From a virus, in the IMG/VR virus record IMGVR_UViG_3300036818_000089, positions 1-64,000 of that record: 64,000 bases of DNA. One strand, written 5' to 3'. How positions within the stretch are numbered: the stretch's first letter is position 1; each line of letters begins with the position of its first letter. Positions 7,506 to 16,240 of the stretch are shown in pieces. The notes below the pieces were generated by a model. The model worked only from the letters and a program-made list of their open reading frames with translations, did no database searches and was not told the DNA's origin. The translations under genes were made by a program, and so were the position numbers.

Positions 7506-8743
7506 GCCGCGGTCCTCTCGATCAGTTCGGGCAACATCGCCCGGTACGCCAACAGGGCTTGGGCCGGCACGACGCCGTTGCCCAACAGGTGAATCTGGTC
7601 CGTCCGCGCCAGGCCAGGCACGTCCGTGACCCAGCCGGCGGGCAGGCCCATCAGCCACTCCACGAACTGGGGGCTCAACTGGCGTCCTCCACGTCGTCCC
7701 ACAACGACGGGTGCCGGTGCAGGTCGACCGAGGACGAGCTCCCAGCGTCGGACGGCGGGTCCGTAGGCTCCCCACTCCAGACCTGCCGGGCGATCCCCGT
7801 CAGCAGCAGCTCGTCCGACCCGGCACCTCCCCGTGCCGCCCTCGTCCCGTCCGCGTCCGCCACGGTCGGAGTCGGCAGCAGCGCCGCCACCTCGTTCAGC
7901 GGACGCGAGTTCTTCCCGTGCTGATTCGACGCCGACGACTTCCAGTCCCGCGCCGCGGGCGTCGGCAGCAGGTGCACCACTGTCCGCATGTCCGGGCCGC
8001 CCGTGCCGTGCGTTCCGGGGCCGTTCGTGTCCGAGGCTTTCGGGGTCGGCAGCAGCGCGATCGCGTCGTCCAGGTTCCGCTTGCCCTGCGCGAACCGCTT
8101 CGCCGCCGACCCGGTCGACATGCTCCTCGATGAGTGATCCCCATCCCTGGCCTGCGCGGTCGGCAGCAACGGCGAGGATGAAGATCCGCCTGCGTCGATG
8201 GGGAGCACCGGCGTCCGATGCCCGTACACAACGCCACTCCGCATCGAACCCGAGGTTGGCCAGGTCGGCGAGGGCTCGGCCCAGCTCTCCGAGAGGAGCG
8301 ATGCTTGCGACGTTTTCCAACAGCACGATGCGGGGTCGTAGGTCGCGAATGGCTCGCGCGACGGCCGGCCAGATGGCTCGCTCATCTTCGGTGCCCTTCT
8401 TCTTGCCGGATGTGGACCAGGGCTGGCAGGGCCATCCCGCGGTGAGCCAGTCGATACGACCGGCCCACGGCGCCCAGTCGGCGGTGGTGATGTCCCCGAC
8501 GTTCGGCACACCTGGCCAGTGGGCATCGAGGACACGGCAGGGGGTGGGCTCGGCGGGCTGCGCGAGCCAGCCGGAGTCACGCCCGTTGCCGGGAAATTCG
8601 CCGTCCTCGCCGAGGTGAGCGGCACGACATGCGGCGTCCTCACAGGCGAGAGCTGCCTCACGGGTGCAGAACGGGCACTCGTTGGGGTACCACTCGTCCT
8701 TGCGTGGCAGCGCGAGCGGGCCCTCGCGGGGGACGTCGGTCAT
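7502..8743 (-). CDS. C5-cytosine DNA methyltransferase-like protein lacking motif I (chimeric N-terminus; possibly inactive)
   Basis: GDIT, GWPCQPWS (IV), LLENV (VI), HRRRRIF (VIII), FVEWLMG (IX), LGNGVVP (X); no FxGxG upstream. Confidence 0.82.
   Translation of the reverse strand: MTDVPREGPLALPRKDEWYPNECPFCTREAALACEDAACRAAHLGEDGEFPGNGRDSGWLAQPAEPTPCRVLDAHWPGVPNVGDITTADWAPWAGRIDWLTAGWPCQPWSTSGKKKGTEDERAIWPAVARAIRDLRPRIVLLENVASIAPLGELGRALADLANLGFDAEWRCVRASDAGAPHRRRRIFILAVAADRAGQGWGSLIEEHVDRVGGEAVRAGQAEPGRRDRAAADPESLGHERPRNARHGRPGHADSGAPAADARGAGLEVVGVESAREELASAERGGGAAADSDRGGRGRDEGGTGRCRVGRAAADGDRPAGLEWGAYGPAVRRWELVLGRPAPAPVVVGRRGGRQLSPQFVEWLMGLPAGWVTDVPGLARTDQIHLLGNGVVPAQALLAYRAMLPELIERTAA
7675..8385 (-). 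CDS. Alternative-frame protein nested in the MTase gene (LLPTP repeats)
   Basis: Stop-free ~236-codon frame with WKTSQ.SL, WPTSGSMRSG and four LLPT(P/A)xxxD repeats. Confidence 0.6.
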   Translation of the reverse strand: MSEPSGRPSREPFATYDPASCCWKTSQASLLSESWAEPSPTWPTSGSMRSGVVYGHRTPVLPIDAGGSSSSPLLPTAQARDGDHSSRSMSTGSAAKRFAQGKRNLDDAIALLPTPKASDTNGPGTHGTGGPDMRTVVHLLPTPAARDWKSSASNQHGKNSRPLNEVAALLPTPTVADADGTRAARGGAGSDELLLTGIARQVWSGEPTDPPSDAGSSSSVDLHRHPSLWDDVEDAS

Positions 8744-8825
8744 CGGGGTGTCCTCTCGGGTCAGGGGGTCAGCCGGGCGGCGGGGTGCCTCGTGCCCGGG
8801 GGAAGTCGGGCACGAGGCGGGTCGG

Positions 8826-8927
8826 TCACTTGCGCTTCGGGTCCTGCTGCTTGCGGTTCCACTCCTGGGCGCCGCGCACGATGCCGTCGAACATCGGGTC
8901 GCTATCGGGCTTGTCTTCCTTGGCCAT
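8826..8927 (-). CDS. 33-aa peptide MAKEDKPDSDPMFDG...
   Basis: AGGAGACCGACATG start context; below ORF-track cutoff. Confidence 0.55.
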   Translation of the reverse strand: MAKEDKPDSDPMFDGIVRGAQEWNRKQQDPKRK

Positions 8928-8955
8928 GTCGGTCTCCTTCGGTCGGTCAGGTCGG

Positions 8956-9051
8956 CTACTTCCTGGACGGGCAGAGCGAGTTGGGGCAGGTGCCGCCGAC
9001 GGTCTTGACCGTGCCGCACTCGGGGCACTGCTCGACGGGGGGCTTGGGCAT
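8956..9051 (-). CDS. 31-aa Cys4 peptide MPKPPVEQCPECG...CPNSLC
   Basis: Same AGGAGACCGACATG start context; CxxC..CxxxxC. Confidence 0.55.
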   Translation of the reverse strand: MPKPPVEQCPECGTVKTVGGTCPNSLCPSRK

Positions 9052-9173
9052 GTCGGTCTCCTCGGTGTGTCGTGCTCTGCGTTCGTTGAGCGGTCGGTCT
9101 CGGCGGGTGGACATCGGGTCCTCGGTTGGGGTGCCGTGCTCCCTGGGGAAGCGGGAGCACGGCGGGACAGAGG

Positions 9174-9362
9174 TCAGCGGCTAGCGGTGGACAGACAGGA
9201 CTTGCAGACGCGGAGTCCCCACGGGACGTTGCTCCGCAGGGTGAAGTCCGTCCGGCCGCACCGCGCGCGGTCCACCTGACCGTGGGCGTCGTAGTGGGCT
9301 ACGTGCGCCTTCACCTTCCGGTGAACGGCGGCCTTGCCGCGTTTGATCAGGAAGTCGGCCAT
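9174..9362 (-). CDS. small Zn-binding-like hypothetical protein
   Basis: AGGAG RBS; H...CG...CKSC. Confidence 0.55.
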   Translation of the reverse strand: MADFLIKRGKAAVHRKVKAHVAHYDAHGQVDRARCGRTDFTLRSNVPWGLRVCKSCLSTASR

Positions 9363-9673
9363 GTCGTGCTCCTCGGTACGTTCGGATCGTCGTTGACGTG
9401 CATCCACTGAGGCATGGCCGCCCGCGAGATGCCCGTGATCAGTTCCTTGGCCCTCTTGACGATCGCTTCCGGCCTTCGTTCGCCCTCGCTTCTCGGCGCT
9501 CCGACGAAGTCCGCGATCTGCGACAGAGCGGCGCGCAGTTCGCGCACCTCTGCCTCAAGGTCGGCCCTCTCTTGGCTCCCGATCTCGGCGATCACGTCCC
9601 GTGCTACGCGGTAGCGACTGGCTCGCCTGCGGGCACTGAGCCACGCGAGCCGGGTCCGATCGACGTCATTCAC
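9347..9673 (-). CDS. hypothetical protein with coiled coil
   Basis: RTRLAWLSARRRA motif seen in actinophage small proteins. Confidence 0.55.
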   Translation of the reverse strand: MNDVDRTRLAWLSARRRASRYRVARDVIAEIGSQERADLEAEVRELRAALSQIADFVGAPRSEGERRPEAIVKRAKELITGISRAAMPQWMHVNDDPNVPRSTTWPTS

Positions 9674-9777
9674 GGTTGCCCCTCAGTTGCTGTGTCGGTT
9701 GCGGTTGTGCTCGGAGTCGCGGCGGTCCTGGATGTCCTCGGCCGTCTCCCGCATCTGCTGGGCCTCTGGCGAACGGC

Positions 9778-10431
9778 TCACGGCAGGACCGTCACGTCGG
9801 CGCGGTCGAGGTCGGCCACGGTCTCGGTGGTCCAGTCCTCCGGGTCGCGCGGCGAGGCGAACCGGACGCGCCGCTGGGACTCGTCGCCCACGTCGCAGTT
9901 CGGGTGGTGCCCGGCCTGAGGCGCACCCTCGTACGGGTACTCGCAGGTGCACTCGGGCTCGGTCACGGCGGTGATGCGGTAGACGTGCCCGGCGAGCGGG
10001 AACCGGATACGCCTGCCCACTTCGTACTTGCTGGCGGTGATGTCGTTGTTGGTCATGGCGGTGGCGTCCTCCATGTAGGTCCACTCGATGCGGGTGATCT
10101 CCACGTCCGGCGAAATGTCCTGCGCCTCGACGAAGAAGCGGCGCACGAACTCGGCGGGCGACATGCCGGGGAAGCCCTCCAAAGCCACCTCGGCGGCGGT
10201 GATGGCGTTGAGCGGTTCGCGACGCACGGCGACCACCTCGACCTCGGCGAGACGGACCAGCGGCTCACCCGGCTTGCGGCCTTGGGACTTGAGGACCAGC
10301 GTCAACCGGTCGCCGGGCAACAGCATGCGGCGGCCGTACTTGTTCTCCCACCAACCTCTGCGGCGGGTCACGGTCTTCGTGCGGTCCCGGACGGCCTGCA
10401 CAGTCATGGCGACGCTCATCAGTCTCGACAC
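9778..10431 (-). CDS. ASCH/PUA-like domain protein, apparently fused in frame to a second small domain
   Basis: KTVTRRRGW, PGDRL, RREPL..IT..EV..EGF; internal GGAGG+ATG (MTNND). Confidence 0.75.
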   Translation of the reverse strand: MSRLMSVAMTVQAVRDRTKTVTRRRGWWENKYGRRMLLPGDRLTLVLKSQGRKPGEPLVRLAEVEVVAVRREPLNAITAAEVALEGFPGMSPAEFVRRFFVEAQDISPDVEITRIEWTYMEDATAMTNNDITASKYEVGRRIRFPLAGHVYRITAVTEPECTCEYPYEGAPQAGHHPNCDVGDESQRRVRFASPRDPEDWTTETVADLDRADVTVLP

Positions 10432-10464
10432 TGCGGTCAGTTCTCCTCGGTCTTCGTGCGAGGC

Positions 10465-10638
10465 TCAGCGGTTCACGTCGGCGACATCCGCCCAGGCGCC
10501 GTCCGATGTCTCGCGGCTGACCAAGACAGCACCCGACGCGGCGGAACGGGCTGCCTCGTCGTGGGCGGTGTCTTCGGGTACGTCGCTGATCCAGCGGCTG
10601 TCGGGGATGCGGACGCCCCACTGTCTGGTGTCGCTCAT
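10465..10638 (-). CDS. small hypothetical protein
   Basis: Coupled ORF. Confidence 0.55.
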   Translation of the reverse strand: MSDTRQWGVRIPDSRWISDVPEDTAHDEAARSAASGAVLVSRETSDGAWADVADVNR

Positions 10639-10751
10639 CGGGCCGTGACCAGGGTGGCGAGCCACGCGCAGAAGACAGCGGCGACCAGAACGGCCATGAG
10701 GGGTGTGGCGAACGCGCGCCAGGGGATGCCCTTTCGGGCGTGGTGGTGCAT
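10635..10751 (-). CDS. small membrane peptide
   Basis: Single hydrophobic helix; first gene of the leftward arm. Confidence 0.5.
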   Translation of the reverse strand: MHHHARKGIPWRAFATPLMAVLVAAVFCAWLATLVTAR

Positions 10752-10911
10752 GTGTGCCTGCCTTGGTTCCGTGTGGTGACGGTGTACCCGAATACTACAC
10801 CACCGAGGTAGGATTCGAGCAAGGCCGCCCAGCATTCACGCTGATCAACACCACACGACGGCACACCACCGTCCTATCCCCCGTCACCGACACCCACATG
10901 GAGGACCACGC

Positions 10912-11205
10912 ATGGCCCGACTCCCCGGCGAAACCGTCACCGGCACCTGGATGACGGACACCGGTGCCACCATCAGCGGGCTCCACTACACCGTGAAAGG
11001 ACTCGCCGAACTCCTGGGAACCACCGCCGAGAACGTGCACTACCACATCCGGAAAGGGCACGTCCCGACCCACAAGGTGGGCCAAGCGAGGCTCATCCCG
11101 GCAGCGGACGCCCGCCGGATCGCGCGGGGCTACACACGGAACCGGGACTGGCCCACCACCTCGAAGGACTCGCCACATGCCCCGAGAAGTCGACCGACGC
11201 CGTGA
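10912..11205 (+). CDS. Excisionase/MerR-like winged HTH DNA-binding protein
   Basis: YTVKGLAELLGTTAENVHYHIRKGHVPTHKVG...LIP; GGAGG RBS. Confidence 0.75.
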   Translation: MARLPGETVTGTWMTDTGATISGLHYTVKGLAELLGTTAENVHYHIRKGHVPTHKVGQARLIPAADARRIARGYTRNRDWPTTSKDSPHAPRSRPTP

Positions 11206-11217
11206 ACCGGCCGAAGC

Positions 11218-12297
11218 GTGAAGGTGTACGGGTGGCCCGGCGACAACTTCGGGTGCTGCCACTACCGAATCGCCATGCCCCTCGACGAACTCGCCCGCCG
11301 CGGACACGACGCTGTGTGGAGCAGGGTCGCGGTGAAGGGCATGTTCGAGGCGATGCTCGGCGCCGACGTGATCGTCGGGCAGCGCGTGTCGGAGGGGTTC
11401 GCGTCGGCACGCTGGCAGTCGTGGGCGTTAGCGCGGCAACCCGAGTACACGCGCTGGATCAGCAAGGTCGGGCAGCAGCGGCCGGAGCTGTTGGCGATGT
11501 GGCGGCAGGCCATGTCGCGCCCGCGGCCACGTCTGGTGTTCGAGATCGACGACGACCTGTGGTCCGTGGATCCGTCGAGCCCGGTGCACGGCCAGTTGGC
11601 TCGCCAACCGGAGTGGGCCCGGCATCTCGCCACGAACGCTTCCGTAGCTGACACGGTCGTTGTGACCACCGAGCCGTTGGCGGAGATCATGCGGCGCCAC
11701 AACCCTGACGTGCGGGTCGTCCCGAACTTTGTGCCGGCCGCGCTACTCGACCACCATCCGCCGCGCCGGCAAGACGGGACCGTCACCATCGGGTGGGCCG
11801 GGTCCCCCACGCACGCCATGGACTGGGCCGTCATGGACGAAGAACTCCGGCGGTTCCTGCGGAAGACGCCACAGGCCGAGCTGCATGTGATCGGGGCGCC
11901 GGTGCAACGCTGGTCGCGGATCCCGCCCTCGCGGATGCGGTCCACCGGATGGTTCCCGTCCGTCGACGCCTACCTGCGGTCGGTGGACTTCCACATCGGG
12001 CTCGCCCCGCTCGCGCAGCACCAGTTCAACCTCAGCAAATCCCCGGTGAAAGTTTTGGAGTACGGGGCCCTCGGTATTCCCGTCATCGCCTCCGACGTCG
12101 GCCCATACCGCGACTACGTCCGCCACGGCGAAACCGGCTACCTCGTCCGCAAGCCTGGCGATTGGCTGCGGTATCTCCGCGAACTGGTCCACGACGAGGC
12201 TGCCCGCACCGAGATGGGCGCCGCCGGACGCAGACAAGCCGCCGAGAACACCATCGAGAGGAACGGACACCTGTGGGAAGCAGCGATGGCAGGATGA
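11218..12297 (+). CDS. GT-B (GT4-like) glycosyltransferase
   Basis: FEIDDDLW, IGWAGS, FNLSKSPVKVLEYGALGIPVIASD, HGETGYLV. Confidence 0.9.
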   Translation: MKVYGWPGDNFGCCHYRIAMPLDELARRGHDAVWSRVAVKGMFEAMLGADVIVGQRVSEGFASARWQSWALARQPEYTRWISKVGQQRPELLAMWRQAMSRPRPRLVFEIDDDLWSVDPSSPVHGQLARQPEWARHLATNASVADTVVVTTEPLAEIMRRHNPDVRVVPNFVPAALLDHHPPRRQDGTVTIGWAGSPTHAMDWAVMDEELRRFLRKTPQAELHVIGAPVQRWSRIPPSRMRSTGWFPSVDAYLRSVDFHIGLAPLAQHQFNLSKSPVKVLEYGALGIPVIASDVGPYRDYVRHGETGYLVRKPGDWLRYLRELVHDEAARTEMGAAGRRQAAENTIERNGHLWEAAMAG

Positions 12298-12797
12298 CCA
12301 CAGTTGATCTGGTGGTTCGCCTGAAGGCAGCGATCGAGGCGAAGGCAGCCAAGGCGCGAGCAGCGACACCCGGACCGTGGTTCACTCCCGAACCCGGCGA
12401 TATCGCGGAGTGGACGGTGTACGGGGCGCTCAGCGCCGACCGCCGCCGGGGCTGGGCCATCTTGGAGACGCGCCAGTTCCCGCGAGAGTGCATGTACAAC
12501 GAGGCATCGGGCCTGAGGATGCCCGCCATGGTCGTTGAGCACGCGAACGCGAATGCCGAGCACATCGCCGACAACGACCCGGCCGACGTGCTGCGCGGGT
12601 GCGACGCGGACATGCATATGGTCCAGCTTCACGCCGACCAGCACGAGTGCGCTGGGTACGGGCCCCGCGCATACGGCTTCCCCTACCAGGGTTGCGACAC
12701 GCTGAGGCTGATGGCCGCCCGGTACAAGATCGACGGCTGGCCAATCGATGTGGACGAGCACGGCGAGCCCCTACCGACCGACGAGGAGGACGCGTGA
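12294..12797 (+). CDS. DUF6221-like protein (paralog of 1978-2409)
   Basis: AEHIADNDPADVLRGC; CDTLRLMA..Y. Confidence 0.75.
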   Translation: MTTVDLVVRLKAAIEAKAAKARAATPGPWFTPEPGDIAEWTVYGALSADRRRGWAILETRQFPRECMYNEASGLRMPAMVVEHANANAEHIADNDPADVLRGCDADMHMVQLHADQHECAGYGPRAYGFPYQGCDTLRLMAARYKIDGWPIDVDEHGEPLPTDEEDA

Positions 12798-13036
12798 CGA
12801 CGAGCATCAGCGACGAGCAGGTCGTCCAAGCCTGCCGCGAATGGGCCGAGGAACCCCACACAGGGTCACTCGACCGGCTGCAGCACATCACCGGCCAGTC
12901 GGAGGAAGCCTGCGCGGCCGCGATGCACGCCACCCGCGAGCACGGCCTGATCGAGTGGGGTATCGGCATGGACACCGCGTGGCCCACGCCAGCGGGCGAG
13001 CACCTGTTCGGGCCGTCACACGACACCGCGACGTAA
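12794..13036 (+). CDS. small hypothetical protein (possible winged helix)
   Basis: GTGA-coupled ORF with GAGGAGG RBS. Confidence 0.55.
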   Translation: MTTSISDEQVVQACREWAEEPHTGSLDRLQHITGQSEEACAAAMHATREHGLIEWGIGMDTAWPTPAGEHLFGPSHDTAT

Positions 13037-13071
13037 CCACCCCGCTGTCGACTGTTCGGGAGACCACCGCC

Positions 13072-13734
13072 ATGACCATCTCCACACCACCCGCCGTAGA
13101 CGACGCCATGCCGCCACGTATCGCGAAACTGCCCCGATACCGGGCCTACCCGGTCCCGTGGTTCGTCGAATGGTTCGACGGCACACCCGACTTTCGCGTA
13201 GCTGACTCGGCGAAACAGGCCGACGCAACCCGGTTCCACCTGTGCTGGGTGTGCGGCGAACGCACCGGCCGGCACGTCGCGTTCGTCATCGGCCCGATGT
13301 GCGCGGTGAACCGGGTGTCAGCCGAGCCGCCCTGCCACACCGACTGCGCCGTGTACTCGGCCACGCACTGCCCGTTCCTGGCCAACCCGAACATGACGCG
13401 CCGCGAACGCGGGCTGCCCGCTGACTATGTCGATCCGGCCGGGGTGATGCTGCTCCGCAACCCTGGCGTGGCGTTGGTGTGGGCGACCCGCGCATGGTCC
13501 ACGTTCCGCGCGCCCGGCGGCTACCTGTACGACATCGGCGAGCCGACGCAGGTGTCGTGGTTCGCCCACGGCCGACCGGCCACCCGCGACGAGGTGTTGG
13601 CGTCGATCGACACGGGGTTGCCGGCGTTGCGGGAGATGGCCGACGAGGACGGCGAGTTGGGTCGGCGGGAACTGGACAAACAACTCGCGGCGGCGATGCA
13701 ACTCGTGCCAGCGGCGACTGGGGCGACGCGGTGA
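13072..13734 (+). CDS. Cys-rich conserved phage protein
   Basis: YPVPWFV, CWVCG, EPPCH..CA.YS...CPFL. Confidence 0.7.
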   Translation: MTISTPPAVDDAMPPRIAKLPRYRAYPVPWFVEWFDGTPDFRVADSAKQADATRFHLCWVCGERTGRHVAFVIGPMCAVNRVSAEPPCHTDCAVYSATHCPFLANPNMTRRERGLPADYVDPAGVMLLRNPGVALVWATRAWSTFRAPGGYLYDIGEPTQVSWFAHGRPATRDEVLASIDTGLPALREMADEDGELGRRELDKQLAAAMQLVPAATGATR

Positions 13735-14423
13735 TCGACAGTTTGTGTGTGTTCGTTCCGTCCAGGGGCAGGCCCGTGTCCGCGTTGGAACTCGCCGACC
13801 AGATCCGGGCCACCGCCACCGGGTACACGTGGCCTGTTCTGGTGGTGGACGAGGACGACCCGAAACGCGACGAATACATGACAACCGAAACCACCGTGCA
13901 GGTCGTCCCGCCCGGATCGGAAGGCATGGTCGGCGCCCTGAACCGGGCAGTCGCCGAGTACGCGCTCGGCGACGGCACTGCTGTTGCTTTCATGGGCGAC
14001 GACCACCGGCCACGCACGCCAGGGTGGGACACCGCCTACCTCGACGCCCTCAACCAGTTCGGCACCGGCCTGGTGTACGGCAACGACCTGATCCACGGCG
14101 CCGCACTGCCCACCCAGGTCGCGATGACCGCCGACATTCCCCGCGCACTCGGGTTCATGGCCCCGCCAGCCCTGGGTCACCTGTACGTGGACAACTTCTG
14201 GCACGAACTCGGCTCGACACTCGACCGGATGCGGTACCTGCCCGGTGTGATCGTCGAGCACATGCACCCGCTCGTCGGGAAAGCCCCAGACGACGACGGG
14301 TATCGGCGGGTCAACGCACCCGAGCGGGTGGAAGCGGACCGGCTGGCGTTCGAGCGGTACATGCACGGCCAGTTCACCGAGGACGTCGCGAAGGTGCGGA
14401 AGGTGATGGCGCCGCGTGGGTGA
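13731..14423 (+). CDS. GT-A (GT2-like) glycosyltransferase
   Basis: VFVPSRGRP, VVDEDD, FMGDDH, HLYVDN. Confidence 0.8.
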   Translation: MIDSLCVFVPSRGRPVSALELADQIRATATGYTWPVLVVDEDDPKRDEYMTTETTVQVVPPGSEGMVGALNRAVAEYALGDGTAVAFMGDDHRPRTPGWDTAYLDALNQFGTGLVYGNDLIHGAALPTQVAMTADIPRALGFMAPPALGHLYVDNFWHELGSTLDRMRYLPGVIVEHMHPLVGKAPDDDGYRRVNAPERVEADRLAFERYMHGQFTEDVAKVRKVMAPRG

Positions 14424-15033
14424 GTGGCAGTTGTTCGAGCCCGGCACGGTGCCGGCGCACACCACACCGGAGTGGTACGCCAGCCGGGAGCGGGCGCCGC
14501 ACGTGGACCAGGCCGAGCACCGCGGGCGCCTGGACATCGCCGCCGGGTTCGTCGGCGAAGTGGTCCGCGAGTTCGGGGTGGTGTCGCTGGCCGACTTGGG
14601 CGCCGGCGATGGTGGGCTTCTGTCGCTGGTGGTGGAGCGGATGCCGGAGATGCGCGGCGCCGTGTGGGGTTACGACCTTCAGCAGAGCAACGTCGACGGT
14701 GCCCGCGAACGCGGGATGAACGTGTTTTACGGCGACGTCGTTGACCCCGACAACGGTGGCCGCGCTCCGACCACGTGGGGCGACATCGCGGTGGCGACGG
14801 AGATGCTGGAGCACCTGGTCGACCCGCACGCTTTCGTGCGCAGGATCCGGCGGCACGCGACGTGGCTGATCGCCTCCTCCCCGCACAGCGAGCGGCCCGG
14901 CGCGGCGTACGAGTTCCACACGTGGGCATGGGACCTGGACGGCTACCGGGCACTCGTCGAACAGGGCGGGTTCGCGGTGCAGCGGCAGGAGACGTGGGGC
15001 CCGTTCCAGGTGATCCTCGCCCACCGCGCCTGA
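14416..15033 (+). CDS. class I SAM-dependent methyltransferase
   Basis: ADLGAGDGGL, GYDL, EMLEHLVDP. Confidence 0.88.
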   Translation: MGEWQLFEPGTVPAHTTPEWYASRERAPHVDQAEHRGRLDIAAGFVGEVVREFGVVSLADLGAGDGGLLSLVVERMPEMRGAVWGYDLQQSNVDGARERGMNVFYGDVVDPDNGGRAPTTWGDIAVATEMLEHLVDPHAFVRRIRRHATWLIASSPHSERPGAAYEFHTWAWDLDGYRALVEQGGFAVQRQETWGPFQVILAHRA

Positions 15034-15108
15034 CGCGGGATGGCTGTGGCGGAGGGGTCGTGCACGGTGACGCCAGCCTCATCCGTCACCACAAGCCGGG
15101 AGCGCACC

Positions 15109-16014
15109 GTGCACGTCCTCATCACCGGCCACCGCGGTTTCGTCGGGCGTCACGTGTGGCGCGCGTGCGAAGCCCGCGGGGACAGTCTCGTCGGGGTCGA
15201 CCTGGTCGACGGGCTGGACTGCCGCGAGTATTTCCGCCACGCCGCCCCGGATCGGTTCGACCTGGTCGTGCACTGCGCGGCGACGGTCGGCGGCCGCGGC
15301 ATGATCGAAGGTGCCCAGTTGCGAGTCGCCACGAACCTGTCTCTCGATTCGGAGATGTTCGCGTGGGCGGCGCGGACCCGGCAGCGGCGGGTCGTGTACC
15401 TGTCGTCCAGTGCCGTCTACCCGGTCAAACTGCAGGTCTCGCACAGCATCGGATGGCGGCTCACCGAGTCTGACCTCGACCTGCAGCGCGCCACCGAACA
15501 CGGTCTGGGTGGGATGCCGGACGCCACCTACGGGTGGGCGAAACTGTCGGGCGAAGTCCTCGCGCAGTATGCCCGCGACGCTGGGGTGCGGGTGCTGGTG
15601 GTGCGCCCGTTCTCCGGGTACGGCGAGGACCAGCACACTGACTATCCGTTCCCCGCGTTCATCCAGCGCGCCGGCCGCCGCGACCCCCAGTTCACGGTGT
15701 GGGGTGACGGCCAGCAGACGAGGGACTTCATTCACGTCGACGATGTCGTCGCAGGCATGTTGGAGATGGTCGCGCAGGACGTCGACGGTCCAGTGAACTT
15801 GTGCACCGGGCGGCCGACCTCGATGGACGACCTCGCCCGGCTAGCCTGCGCCACTGCGGGATACGAGCCTGCGCTATGGCATATACGTGATGCGCCCAGC
15901 GGCGTCGCCTACCGGGTCGGGAACCCTGCGGTGATGTCCGGCTGGTACGAGCCGAAAGTCACCCTGGAGGAAGGCGTCACGCGCGCGTTGCGGCGTTTGG
16001 GTCTGGACGTGTGA
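15109..16014 (+). CDS. NAD-dependent nucleotide-sugar epimerase/dehydratase
   Basis: ITGHRGFVG, SSSAVY, YGWAK, GDGQQTRDFIHVDD. Confidence 0.92.
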   Translation: MHVLITGHRGFVGRHVWRACEARGDSLVGVDLVDGLDCREYFRHAAPDRFDLVVHCAATVGGRGMIEGAQLRVATNLSLDSEMFAWAARTRQRRVVYLSSSAVYPVKLQVSHSIGWRLTESDLDLQRATEHGLGGMPDATYGWAKLSGEVLAQYARDAGVRVLVVRPFSGYGEDQHTDYPFPAFIQRAGRRDPQFTVWGDGQQTRDFIHVDDVVAGMLEMVAQDVDGPVNLCTGRPTSMDDLARLACATAGYEPALWHIRDAPSGVAYRVGNPAVMSGWYEPKVTLEEGVTRALRRLGLDV

Positions 16015-16240
16015 CGGGACCACCGTGGTGGTCCGGTGGCCCCGCGCGGCGGTTGTGGGAGGGGTAGCGATCCGAGCGAGTATGCCTCTACGTCACGCGA
16101 AGTCGCGGGGGTTTGTGGGTGTTTCACGCTCGCCAAAACGCGATCGACCCGGATGGAGCAGTCCCCCCGCTTCGCCCCGCCTACCTACTCGCTCTTAAAA
16201 CAGCGACCGTAGCGTAGTGCTACCCGTAACCGCCACGTGG

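Larger units (their letters stand above)
6119..7511. repeat. ~29-33 bp direct repeats (6123-6151 and 7483-7511) flanking the dpdA/yhhQ cassette
   Basis: GGGCCAGCCGGGTCGGG(A/G)ATCATGCCGCG, 1 mismatch over 29 bp. Confidence 0.9.

Noticed and set aside
10912-11205. Excisionase as evidence of integration
   Set aside because: Fold is shared by many phage regulators; no integrase or att site seen in the window, though one could lie outside
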